From Spizellomyces punctatus DAOM BR117 (Eukaryota): 64,000 nt of DNA. Positions 51,630 to 64,000 of the stretch are shown piece by piece. The notes beneath the pieces are model-generated. The model did not search any database. It was not told the DNA's origin and saw only the letters and a program-made list of their open reading frames with translations. Position numbers and translations under genes: made by a program. Position 1 is the first letter of the stretch, and the number at the start of each line of letters is the position of its first letter. The stretch lies in NCBI GenBank assembly GCA_000182565.2, contig KQ257466.1. One strand, 5' to 3'.

Positions 51630-53200
51630 ATGTCGACGCCGTACCTTGCAAAACTAAAATCCGTATTTGCATCAGCACATACACGCGAGCTACGCGGGCA
51701 CAAGCAAAAGGTACTCTCCGTACTGGTTCTACGGGATCGCTTGGACTCACCGATCTGAAAGGTCCTTACCGTAGGATGGAACAATGACGGTCGGAAGCTG
51801 GCATCCGGGTCTGCAGACCAAACAGCGCGAGTATACACCAGTGTAGAAAGAACGGTAAGCTTTTGTTTTTGCCAACTCTGATAAGTAAGCAAGTGTACCA
51901 AATTTCAATTAGAGTAGCAAAGATGCCATCGAACTCAAGGCGCATACCGGAGACGTCGACCAACTGTGCTGGGATCCAACGCACCCTGATCGTCTTGCAA
52001 CCGCATCACTGGATAGTTCGATTATGATCTGGGATATCCGAAGTAGGCATCATCACCATCATTAATTGTCCCGGCATGGCTTACCTATGGATCATGTCTC
52101 AACAGCAGCCGACAAGACCCGCACACATCCTTATGCCCGCAAAGTCAGTACAACAGGAGAGAACATCAACATCTGTTGGAGTCCTGACGGACGACATATA
52201 GCTGTTGGTAACAAGGTAGGCTGGAACCATTATAGCTGTGGGAATCTCATGGTTCTTACAACCCATTATGCTTACAAAGGAAGACATGGTCTCGTTCATC
52301 GATCCTCGTGGAGGCGGGGACTCAAAGAGTGAAAAGAAATACATATGGCACACAATCAAAAACGACGTCGAGGTAGGCGGATTTATTAACCTGTCTGGCC
52401 GCCCGTACTGTACTCACCGGTTGACTAGATAAACGAAATCAGTTGGAACTACGCTGGGGACTTATTCTTTATGACAACAGGCCAAGGTATGGAGGTGTAC
52501 CAATTTGACAATGTATAGATTTGTGCTGATTTTTTCGGTTTTACATACAGGAACGGTCAAAGTCTTGGAATTCCCCCAGTTCAAGCCGGTGCTGGACCTG
52601 ACAGCTCACACCGCAAACATATATTGCGTTGAATTCGATCCAAGGGGAAAGTAAGAATCTATACAGTACCATTGAGCTGAACGGTATCCAAAAAGATGGC
52701 ATCCTCAAACTTTCCTGGCAGATACTTTGCAACGGGCAGCGCCGATGCTCTCATATGTTTGTGGGATATTGAAGAATTCATTTGCGTAAGAACGTTTGGA
52801 AAACTCGAGTAAGTTCCGCTTTTGGTGTGGCTTATCATTTCAGAGATTTATACATGCACATCTTTATGCAGGTGGCCCATCAGAACCATAAGCTTCAGTT
52901 ACGATGGAGAGCTCATTGCATCAGGGTCCGAGGACCGAATAATAGATATTGTAAGTGTCTTTTTTTGGTAATTGTGTAGCAAGGCAAACGCGATCATGTC
53001 CTAATACTGTTCTCTAGTCGGCGGTGGAAACTGGAGAAAGCGTCCATACAATCCAATGCAATGCTGCCATGAACAGTGTTGCATGGCACCCGACCAAGCA
53101 CATACTTGCATATGCGGGGGACGACGTGGGTGGTAGAGATCATAAAACACCAGAAGGGAATCTGCGCGTATTTGGAGTGTCATCATCGTCAAGTTCATAA
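51630..53200 (+). CDS. TEX1: THO complex subunit 3 / Tex1 WD40 protein (multi-exon)
   Basis: ELRGHKQKV..VGWNNDGRKLASGS.D, VDQLCW.P, GENINICWSPDG, WPIRTISFSYDG.LIASGSED and LAYAGDD. Confidence 0.9.
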
Positions 53201-53442
53201 TAGATGAATGCTTGCATCTTGTTCCTTTTCGATGACGTTTTTCCATTCCCATCATGCAATGACCGTTTAAAATCCCGTAATAAAAAACAAAACAACGAGG
53301 GGGAGCTTTTCATCCAATCCGCGCTCCAAGGCTTCCAACGTGTGCCCTGCATCATTTAATTTCCTACGCGCAAGCGCAGTCCATTGCAGGTCCGACGACC
53401 TCCCACCGTTTGTCATTTTTTTTACCTTCATCTTGCTGTCAC

Positions 53443-54988
53443 ATGTCCACCTACCCCACCATTATACCCAGAAGCCCTCTTGGGCCAAAGGGTACTACCT
53501 CACCGTATTATGTTCCTCCGCTGATTGCCCGTACCTCAGACGGCCACATGGAAGAACTAGTCGAAATCTTGTCAGACCGTCGTGGATGTCTCATTATCGG
53601 CGCTGGAGTGTCAGTGTCATTAGCAGACAGTGAGGAGAATAAGCGTCTCGTAACATGGAAAGGGTTTTTGGATCGATTAGCACAAACCGTAAAGGACATG
53701 CTTGGACTGGAACAATCATGGTATGAGGAGGTGAAAGCCATGTTGGATATTGACCCAGCGAGGCACCGCGAGGGTACTGTGGACAGACAGTATGCTCTTC
53801 GACTCGATAAAGCTGCAGAGATGATTGAGCATCACGTCAATACGGGGCATTTGGGAGGAAGTAGTGACCCTTTTATGCGATACCATCATCTTGTCTTCAA
53901 GATCCTCCATACCCTCCGGGCTGACCGCTCCTCCCCCATTGCCAGCTTGCTACACAACCTCCGTACTCCCATCTTCACGACAAACTATGATGTTCTTTTA
54001 GAGGACGCTACAGGGAGATTCACACTCTCCATTGAAGATTTGTTAAAAGCGCAAAGAGCATATCGTCTCAAATCAGATCAACATCCCCTTGCACAGCACC
54101 AGCAATACGTGTTCCATCTTCACGGCATCTTCTATGATGACCCAGAGCGCAAGTTTGTGCTGACAGCGAGAGAGTATGCGATTACGATCGATGATTTTAT
54201 TATGGCTTTGAAACCTGTTTTGGTGGATGTGGGGAGTAAGGTCAAGACTGGCGGAATGGCTTTTCACAGAAGCATGGTTTTCATTGGGACGGGCGGAACA
54301 TTGCAGGTATGACCATGCTGGAGACAAGTTATGTGAAGCATTTAGGTGTGTATTGGTAATTAATCGCATCTCGTGCACTCTTCCAGGACATTCATTTTAC
54401 AAGCCTCTTTGCCGCTCTTTACGAGTAAGTTGGCCATTGTTGTTGTTTGCAATATATGCCGAATCACCCATGTATTTCTCTTCTCTCTCATCATAAAGAC
54501 ACAATGTGTTTCTGGAATCGAACGGATTTGAACGTGTTCTTCACTACGTCCTCCTCAACGAAACCGAAGCTACCCACATCACCGACTTTACGTTTGAAGA
54601 TTCGCTTGGCCGACGAATCCATGCACATGAGCTCCTCGTCCCCGTAGTGTACGGTAAAACATACGACGATTTACCGAAATTCCTCGCAGTGCTAGCCAAA
54701 AAACTCGACGAGGACGAAAAATCCCATTCGAACGCTGACAGCGTCAATGGAGATGACGAGGACTATGCGCCAGCCAGCAAAGATAAAATTTTTGGAACCG
54801 GACGAGGGACTGTGGAAAGTGATTCGGATGTCGGTCCGATGAGTCCACCAGATGGATTTGTACCTAGGCCATCTTACCTACGAAAGGTCAAAGGACATGT
54901 GAGGCGACGGTCGAGTCTTTCGACAGAATACGTGGATCCGGACTTGCAATCGGTACCAGAGAAAAAGGTTCAAACAAATGGAGCATGA
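53443..54988 (+). CDS. SIR2_2-family (FAM118/SIRim-like) putative NADase (3 exons)
   Basis: LIIGAGVS...TWKGFL, IFTTNYDVLLE, VFHLHG, FVLT..EY, MVFIG.G.TLQD.HF and YG..YDDLPKFL; no sirtuin zinc cysteines. Confidence 0.8.
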
Positions 54989-55047
54989 ATCCTTTGTGTG
55001 GTCTGCTCCTTGTTTTTATTCTCTATGTCAGTCTCTGTCCTAGATCA

Positions 55048-55702
55048 TTAAGCGCCCTTGTATTTATACTTGAATCCCTCCAAGCCTTCCACACCCTCCC
55101 TCACCTCCCCCATCGCCCTAATCGCATACCACTGTCCCAGCACCAAGACCAATGGCAAACACCCGACACCGACTCCCGTCCACCCATCCCCTAAATACAT
55201 CAAGAATGGCGGTATGAGGGCCACCACAAATGGAACATATTTGACCGCGGAGTATGCTAGTGGTTCCGTGACAGGATGACGGAACGACAGGAACGGGGTT
55301 GTAAGGCAAATTGCTGCGGAAAGGAGATAGGCTAATCGATATTGAGGAAGCGGGTTCAAGGGGAGCGGTAGTAGTGAAGCTAGGAGGTACCTAACAAGCA
55401 AGCTCGCGTGAGCAACGGTACTATTATGCAAACTCAGAGAATACAAATGTACATACAATCCAGAAGCCATAAATGAAACCTTGTAAAAAACATTTTCGTA
55501 CACTTGTTGGTGATGATCTGCTTCACGCTTTAGTGTTGCGATTATCTCTTCCTGTTCTATGTGACGAGGCGCGTAGGGTTATTGCACACGTCACGCCGTC
55601 ATGCGAGAGAGTGCACTTTGACATACGCTGTTCGTCAAGGACAATGTTATCGTCTTCTTCTTCCTCGGCATCCTTGGAGGTGAATGGTGTCCGTTTGTGC
55701 AT
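55048..55702 (-). CDS. Small multi-pass membrane protein of unknown function
   Basis: Acidic N-terminus (VLDEQ), several hydrophobic helices, C-terminal L..FKYKYKGA. Confidence 0.65.
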
Positions 55703-56004
55703 GATGCTGGCGACAAAGGAGGAAATGCAAGATGCCTTCGCGAAAGTTTGGTGTGTCATCCATTTGTCGTGGAAGAGGTTCAAATCCCGATCAAGGCATT
55801 CTTTCCTTGTTTTCTTTCCTTTTTATTTTTCTTTTGTCCAAATAGATGAAACAATCCACCAGGGCAGAAAACCGCAGGCAACCAACCAACATGCCTCTGT
55901 ATAAACGTAATTTGCAATTCAAGAACCACCAAATCCTCCAATTGATAGTTCTATATATCATGCATAAAACTAGAATCTATGCTACCACTATCACAACCGA
56001 TCAT

Positions 56005-58241
56005 CTACACTTCCTCAATCTTCAAACTCTTTTTATATTGGTTCACCACTCCAGCACCATCACCCACCTTCCCTTCAAATCGTGTCAATTTGCCCTGATC
56101 GCATACCCAAACTTCATTGCACACGGCATCCAGGAATCGCTCATCGTGGGATACGATCGCGATGCCTCCTTTGAATTCCCGTAACGCAGAGGCAAGAGCA
56201 TCAATGGAATCCATGTCCAAATGATCTGGTGTGAGTGAGACGCGTTAGATAAATTATTAGTGTAGGGTGAAATTAGAGGTCATTCTTACTGGTCGGTTCA
56301 TCCAAAACCAGGACATGAGGATTGGTCATAGCCATCCACGCGAAAACGGCTCGACTCTTTTGACCTCCACTGAGGGTCCCAATAGGTTGCAACGCAGTCG
56401 TGCCCGTCAAACCAAACCGTCCCAGTACTCGTCGGTAATCCTCTTCTTGCATTCCAGGGAATTTGCTCTGTAAAAATTGCACACTGCTCGCTCCAAGCTC
56501 CAATTGATCGACATGGTGTTGACTAAACAAGGCTATTCGTAGTCGGCCATGTCTTGACACCATACCCTTTTGTGGCTCCACTTGCCCTGTCATGAGGCGA
56601 ATGAGAGTGGATTTACCAGCTCCATTCGGACCGACAACAGCAATCTTTGAATCCATTTGCAAATCAAATGAGACGCCGCTGAGAATAGTTCGCTGTTCGT
56701 TGTAACCAAATGTGACTTCTTCCATTCGGAGAATCGGTGGAGACAGCTTTTCTGGATCAGGAAACCGAAAGTAAATGTCCTGTCCTTCCCCAGAAATTCC
56801 CTCCATATCATCTTTTGGTGGTGGTTCAAGCGGTGGTAGCTTTTCAAGAATCTTAATCTTTGATTGAGCCTGTGCTGCTCGCTTCGCATTGTACCTCCAT
56901 CGGTCAATAAACGCTTGCAAATGCTGTCGATACTGTAACTGCGCCTCGTATTCACGCAACTGGTTCTTTCGCCTCTCAGCTTTGGTCCCAACAAATGTAG
57001 AGAAATTTCCACGATAATAATCCAGTAAACCATCATGCAAATGCAGGATATCCGTTGATACCGCGTCCAGGAACGATCGATCGTGGGAAACAATCAGTAA
57101 CGTTGCCTGCCACTTTTGGAAGTATCTTTCCAACCACACCACAGCGGGAAAATCGAGATAATTTGTCACTTCATCGGCAAGCAACAGATCTGGCTTACAA
57201 AAGAGAGCTCGCGCCAACGCCAAACGCATCCTCCAACCACCGCTGAACGTTTTTGTCGCCGCCCGTTGCTGTTCAGGCGAAAATCCTAAACCGTTGAGAA
57301 TGGATGAGGCCTTGGATTCAGCGGTATCCGCGTCAATCTCTTCCAGCCTTTGGTACACCTCCTTTAACCGTTTTGTCATTGTTTCAGCAGCCTCTGGAGT
57401 GGTAGTCGACTTTGACAGCGCCGAATTCAACTGCTTCTCCTCCGCCAAAAGCGCTGTTCGCTCCTTATCTGCTTGCAATACAGACGCCAACGCGGGCGTA
57501 TCGTCACCCGCAATCTCCTGTCCACGTGCNNNNNNNNNNNNNNNNNNNNNNNNNNNNNNNNNNNNNNNNNNNNNNNNNNNNNNNNNNNNNNNNNNNNNNN
57601 NNNNNNNNNNNNNNNNNNNNNNNNNNNNNNNNNNNNNNNNNNNNNNNNNNNNNNNNNNNNNNNNNNNNNNNNNNNNNNNNNNNNNNNNNNNNNNNNNNNN
57701 NNNNNNNNNNCACTGGGATCGCATCCGGATCGTACAACCCACCCCTCGCCGCCTTTTTTTCTGCCAACTTTTTCTCAGCAGCCCGTAACTTTCTCTGATC
57801 CACCGTGGATGATTTAGGTCCATTCGTCGAGTGTCCATGTCGAATGTCCCCAATATTCGCCCGTGTAAATTCCAGCGTCGTGGATACAGTTTGGTTCATC
57901 ACGACTGGCCCATCCAATGCTACGACACCTCCATGAGCGAGCGACTGCTTTGTTGACGGTGTGAGAGCAGCCAGTTTTTCACATAGCGCGTCAATCTCGT
58001 CTTTTGAACTCCCTGCTTCGCTTAGGAGCGGCTCCAGAAAGTCTTGAAGACCTTCCTGGCTTCGATCGCTTGAGGGATCGTCAAAATACCCCAAGACCTG
58101 GAAATGACCAGAAACAATCAGTTACCATTTTGTTCATGCTAAAAGTCGAGTTTAGAAGCGTACATAATCCCTCAACTCCCCATCTAAATGAGGAGCCGCC
58201 TCCCGAATGAAGACCGAAATCTCTTTTGTCGAGGGAGCCAT
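56005..58241 (-). CDS. GCN20: ABC-F family ATPase Gcn20/ABCF3 (multi-exon, spans gap)
   Basis: FSGGWRMRLALARALF, QAFIDRWRYNAKRAAQAQSKIK, GPNGAGKST, LSGGQKSR and LDEPT.HLD. Confidence 0.92.
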
Positions 58242-58401
58242 GACTTGCAGTAAATCTAATCGTTCCCTGCGCCCACACCAAAAAACTGCAAAAAGCAACT
58301 CGCTTGCTTCTCCAGCGAACCTTCACCACAGCACGTGACTCTCGCGTAAAGGACGCCGATCGGCCGTTGTTTTTGTTCTGAGCTCTGCCTTTGCAATCCA
58401 A

Positions 58402-58702
58402 ATGCCGGACTCGGCCCACATCCAACGCCTACGAGACTACCTAAACCATAAAGCACGTATCACGATATCTGATGGCAGGATCTTTATCGGGCACTTTGTC
58501 TGCATCGATAAAGGGCAAAACACCATTTTGGCTGGTGCAGAAGAATTCAAGAATGGTAAAGACCATGAGTTCCATTGCTGTATATTGTCGTTTTGGTTCA
58601 TGTGTGATATGACTAGGGGAACGGAGGTTTGTGGGGCTGATCATGGTACCGGGTAAACATCTCATCAAGGCCGAGTTTGAGGCGAATGAGGAATACATGT
58701 GA
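58402..58702 (+). CDS. LSm-domain protein, NatC auxiliary subunit Mak31/NAA38-like (2 exons)
   Basis: RITISDGRIFIGHFVCIDKGQNTILA..EE and RFVGLIMVPGKHLIK. Confidence 0.8.
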
Positions 58703-59030
58703 TTCGCGCAACAGCGACATGGCAAGGGAACCTACGCTAGAAACACTTCCACGAGACGATATGAACCGTGAGATCAACAACACCCATCCCCATATCGTTG
58801 GGTACAAGAAATGGGCCGCCGGTCCCTCAACGATGAAAACGGTTCCCAAACCCCACATAAACCGCTTTTTCCCCACATCAAAAACCCTCGGGCATCGATG
58901 CAATGGTGATATCTTTTTGCAGCACCAAACCTATTATACAAGGGTCGACCACTTAAAAATGCGTGGAGTCATGTGTACTATCTACTCATATTGCGTCCCC
59001 AAATACATTAAATCACACAAAACACACTGG

Positions 59031-62000
59031 CTAATCAGCCATGTCATCCGTTCTAAAGACAAAAAGTAAGTTCAAGCCTTGCAAATAAGTGTACACAGAA
59101 AGACTTGCCTGTCACTTGGCTTGATCATGCCAGGAATGCTCAGCGCCTTCTCCATCTCCATCTTTTTCTTCAAGGCAGCCTCCCTTTCCCGTTCCTCAGA
59201 GTACAAGTCACTATTATCCGCACCAGCAAATTCCTAACAACAGCATAAGGCTCAATGCAAATACCAAGTAACTCCATCGGTTAATTCATACCTTTAGCGT
59301 CACCAAGAAGTCCCGCACATGGGGCAAAAACACTTCAAAATCTCGTGACGTCACAAATAGCCCAGCAACAAATGTCTGTACGTGCACTCTATAAAGCCCC
59401 ACAGTCAACACACATCCCAGATAAAACACACCAAACAGGAAAGGACAAACCTCTGCAAATGTGCAAACGACTTTAGGAGCAGATCTGTGGTATAGTCTTG
59501 AAGGAATGCCTTGTTTGTCGCAACAGGGGTAGGAATTTGTGTTGGGTCAAAAATAGGCACTTTGATCCGGTCTGTCTCAATAGCATTAAACATGTCCCGC
59601 AAGATCATGCATTGCAATCGGAAACCTATCATATAGTCAGTCACAGCCAATGTCATTCTTGCAACAACAACAAGCAACATACCAAATTTGTGGAAAGGAT
59701 TCACCAAAACGAAAAAGATATCTTGTAACAGGCTCACAAAGTACGTTTGGTAGAATTGATTCGCAAGCGCTGGGTCCACCGCGCCAAACTGTGTTACCAT
59801 GGTCGATATGATCGACAAGCCCAGTTCGCTAATATCGGGTATTGTGTGCTTGATACCCCATATGACACTGTCGTAAAAGACGCGGAATTGAGGTGCCGGC
59901 ATTTGTACAACGGCTAGAAACAAAGATAGTGAGCACATGTCCAGAGGGAACGAATTGACTTGATTCTGTCCATACCTTTGAAGCAACTCTGTGTAATCGC
60001 ATGCATCAATGTAAAGAACCCAATTCGATGTTCAGGATTATCTTCAAAGTTTTTGCTAATCATGTTCACCGTACACTCAAACACGGCACCCAGCACAGCA
60101 GGAATCTTGTCATCCATCAAATCCTACAAACACATGAGAACGAGGACTTTGTACACGTTCCAAGTGAGACACAACATACCCCCAGTTTGTTGATGATGCT
60201 CGCCATGACAGTTAAGACGAACGCGTCCTTTGCTGGCTCAACACTCCGCGCATAATCTCCCAAAACGGCCTCCAGCAGCGGTGGTATAATGTTCTGCATA
60301 ACAATCTGCAGATCCTTCTCTTCCGACAAGCCAATGTACGTTTCCATTAACCGCAGAATCTCCTTTTTAATTGTCCGCAAACTGCGTGCCTTGGGCGTCT
60401 TGGTAGCAATAAGCCCTGAAAACAACATGAGGACCCATCAACGAGGCCACCAGAAACACTCGCCCGTACCTTGTGTTACAACCAATTCTGCAATAATTCC
60501 ACTGGCAGCCGTGTAAAGACCCAACAAATCCATAAAATTCCGGCCAATTTGCACATAAAAGGGACCTCCGATGGACGTGCAAGCCGCAACATTGGTTTTG
60601 ATGATATGTGACAGGAGCTTGACCGTGTCGGGCTCGTGAAGGATTTCTGGTTTGACCCGCGCTTGGCTCATTTTGGCATCCCACTAATATGCAATCGCGT
60701 TAGTCACGTCATACGAGGTCAGAAAACGACTTGACCTACCGCCGCATTAGCTGACTCCATAAACTTGTTGATCAACCGCTCTTGTTGTGGTTTACTTGGC
60801 TGAGCGGAAATCATGTACCCGACCGCTTCGTAGAATGTGTGCATCTTAAAAGGAAATAAATAACCAACGACAATAACGGAGTAGCACACATTATCAGGCT
60901 CACCTGCGGTGGGGGCAAATCCGATGTGATTTGGTCCATGGTCGCCAGTATTTCTTCAATGTAGGGAACAACCTCATGCTGCTGCTGAATCACGAAATGT
61001 CGCTTGCATTTCTGAGCGATTTTGATAAATGTATCACAAGCCATCTCTTGCACACCTAAAAAGGAAGCTCCGTAAGCATGCCATTCACACGCTTTTGCCC
61101 AACGCGATTTCACGGACCCTCATGAAGCTCATGCATAAACTCAAACAGCTTGTTCACAACCGTCTTCAAAAATTTCCAATGCGCCTTCAAGAACCGTGGA
61201 TATTGGCCAACAATATACATAATGTTAGACGCCACGATCGCCTTATTATCTTTGCCTCGTTTCATTTCCGTGAGCCCCAAAAGCTCCTTGATGACAGTCA
61301 CCAGAAACTTTTTTTCAACATCCTCGCTCATGGCTCCACTAATAGACCCGATCGACCAACAGAGTTTGTTCAAGTTGGTCCATGACCATTCCGATCCATC
61401 AATCTGTTTACATCTGTTAGGGTACAACGCATGTACAATCATGGAAAACAGAGGAACAGGATGGACTTGCCTGTTTTGCCAGCTTTTCTGACATGATCCG
61501 CTCCATGTCCTCCACATCCAAGTGCGTCAAATACACCAACACCTCTCGCATGCTCTTGTACAGCACAATGGTGTCACTCTCCTTTAGCGTCTCACGAACA
61601 ACTTCTCCCTCATCGTTCTCGACAACAATAACCTACCAAAATCATACCTGTCAGTTCCAACAATCGTTGACAGACGTTTCTGCGTGACCCACCTCCTCAG
61701 GTTTCACCATTTGCTCGATCATAATAACCCGAAGTCGAGATAGCATCTCGGCGTAAATGTTCTTTCTCAAGGGCAGATTCGGGGCAAAGGATGTGCGATT
61801 TATTCCAGAAACAGCACCGAGGTTCAGCAAAGGCATGTCGACACTATGTGGCATTGCTTGCAGTTCATCGAAAAGCCCCGCAATCTACAAGAAAAAACAT
61901 GTGAGGGGTGCACATTAAAATAGCAGCTGCTGGCAGGCATACCAAGGTCGTCCAATATTCCAAACAGATCTTAAAGACCTCGCGGTCCTCAACCTCTGAA

Positions 62001-63556
62001 ATCCGCAAAAGATATCGGTGTCCAAGCAAAAGATATTCTTTTGTAGGCCCATGTTGTCCCGCCGCAAATTCCAATGACTGTACAGTCCCACGTTAGTCGA
62101 GATTATGCGACATTTTCATCCAGAACAGACTAACCTTTAAATGTCTCCCCAAAAACGTCGTTAGAAAGAGTGACAAATTTTGAATAAATTGCTGCTCCGC
62201 ATCCGAACTCGTTTCCCACGCTTTTGCTATATCTAAAAACTCAACCAATGAGCACCCGCCCGATGTTTGTTCATCCGCTGAACACGGGGATCTTACTCGT
62301 CTCTGGTGGAAGCACGCTCGGTATGGTAGCGATTACGTGGTTATACATGAGCACAAACTTTTCCTGATACTCCGCCCCCAGTTGCAATCCAGCAATCTCG
62401 GTGAAGCATTTTAGAGTCACGTTGCGGAATGCCGGAACACCGAGAAACTGTACATTGGTCAAATACGTGGCTATCAACATGATTAGGAAATCAACCTTGC
62501 TCTTACCCGATTTTGAAGGATATTTATGAGATTGGTGTCAAAAATGTAGCCAAGGTTCATCCAGCTGAGGAATCGTAGGAGCGTCTCCAATGTTGCAATG
62601 ATCAAGCTGGGTTTCTGGGCCTTTTCCAGCACAACGTGACAGAGTTGGAAAATCTCTGCACACTCGCCCAGCATGGTATTTTTTAGGTTTTGGGTTTTTT
62701 TCGACGTCATTTGCTCCTCCGAAAAGTCGAAAATCTCCTCACTAAGCAAGTTAATATGGAGATTCCGAGAATACCCTGATAATGTGCCAAGACCCACCTC
62801 AATAGCTTCAGAATGTTCATTGTATTCTCGCAAAGGGCCAGATTCGTCTTACTCGAGTTTACAATTTCAGGAATGAAGGTAGGCCAGTTGTGAGGCCATT
62901 CGTGTTTTAGGATCTAACGAGGTCATTGGTCTCATAATTCACACCTTCAAGCCCCAAAAACGTGTTTACCTGTACGAGGACCATGTTCAGCTTTGCCAGT
63001 ACAAGTCTGTTCTTTTCTAATGCTTCATCTGTACTTGAATTCTTTACAATAAACGCGACAACAAAGTTTTGAATTCCTACGCGTGGACCATTTGTCAATA
63101 AGTGGAAAGATATGCAGGTTTTGTATCTTTACCTCCTCGTTCTCCTTGGGGGAGCGCTTTCCACATTGTTTTGATCAGATTCTCCAATATTTGTAGAGCA
63201 AGGTACTATAGATGTATGAGCATCGTCAGATAAACAGTAACAATTCAGCAACCTTGGCTGTTGGGCCGTACCTTTGCTTGCAACACTTGCGACCGCTCCA
63301 AGATAGCATCCACGCGCTTCCAAGCATCAGGATGTTGTCGAAATTGCTCCAAAATCATGTTCGCCTGAGCTTGCTGCAAGTAGACAGAAGAAAAAGAAAG
63401 GTTGAGCACAATATCAACCTATGGGTGCGTCGAGGCATGCTCGTTCGCCCGGATCTCTAGTTTTCGTACCTCTGGTCCACCGAGGAACATTGTGTTTACC
63501 ACGCGGTCAAACAGACCAATATCCAGGTCCGTCCCAAAGTCCAAAATTCCCTCCAT
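59031..63556 (-). CDS. CRM1: Exportin-1 (many exons)
   Basis: [87 protein letters not shown] and IPGMIKPS. Confidence 0.97.
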
Positions 63557-64000
63557 AGTGTCAGCAAGTAGCGCAGTCAAAGGTGGTGTCGTAGCAAAAG
63601 TCTGTGAGGTCCGGGAGTGTACGGTTGAAGGGGGTGATGACTGGCAAAATGCACCGTAGGCGTCGAAAAAACTCGGCGTTCGTTCCTATTTGACCCTGTC
63701 CACACAGTTTTATTTTTGCCTGCACGACAGGCCCGTCGCCGATGAACGCTGTGAAAAAAAAAAAAAAGCGGATGCGTGGATGCGATCAGCAATGGATCGT
63801 TTCCTATGGGCGACCTTTTCAAATAATGTTGAAGTTTGTCCGGCACGAGGGGATAGTTTTTACAGTCACATTAAAAGAGTCGCTGTGCCGCTAGATAAGA
63901 AAGCTGTGCCGATCATTAGTCTGTGCCACTCAATGTCACGGGCTTCAGACATCTTCTTAGAAAGCTGCCACGTAAAGACCTCCAGCAACTGAACTTCCTG

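Overview
Gene-dense, intron-rich window from an early-diverging fungus, probably a Spizellomyces-like chytrid (inferred from gene content and the Fanzor sequence), with four assembly gaps (1807-1914, 8882-9775, 10740-11044, 57530-57710). The main accessory feature is a Spu-1-type Fanzor1 element, an RNA-guided TnpB-family nuclease (5127-14589). It has perfect 30-bp TIRs, a CATA motif at the left junction and an intact omegaRNA. Its ORF is split by a nested, almost CpG-free Ty3/Gypsy chromovirus (5612-12146, TSD ATCAA) and an unrelated solo LTR (12523-13122, TSD AAAG), and it carries two in-frame TGA stops. About 6 kb downstream is a second, nuclease-less element (20534-21280) with a diverged but structurally compensated omegaRNA scaffold, a different guide and an apparently spliced internal cargo. 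The rest is about 23 host genes: APN1, TPR protein, MTAP, Voa1/Ac45-like, NUC1, SDR, mitochondrial EF-P, Usp, acyltransferase, CHD6-9-type remodeler, FAD1, VPS54, MMAB, LIN1, RPS0, DHHC, a low-complexity protein, choice-of-anchor-A-like, KDM4, TEX1, SIR2_2/FAM118-like, a membrane protein, GCN20, an LSm protein and CRM1. Spans of intron-containing genes were read by eye and are approximate.
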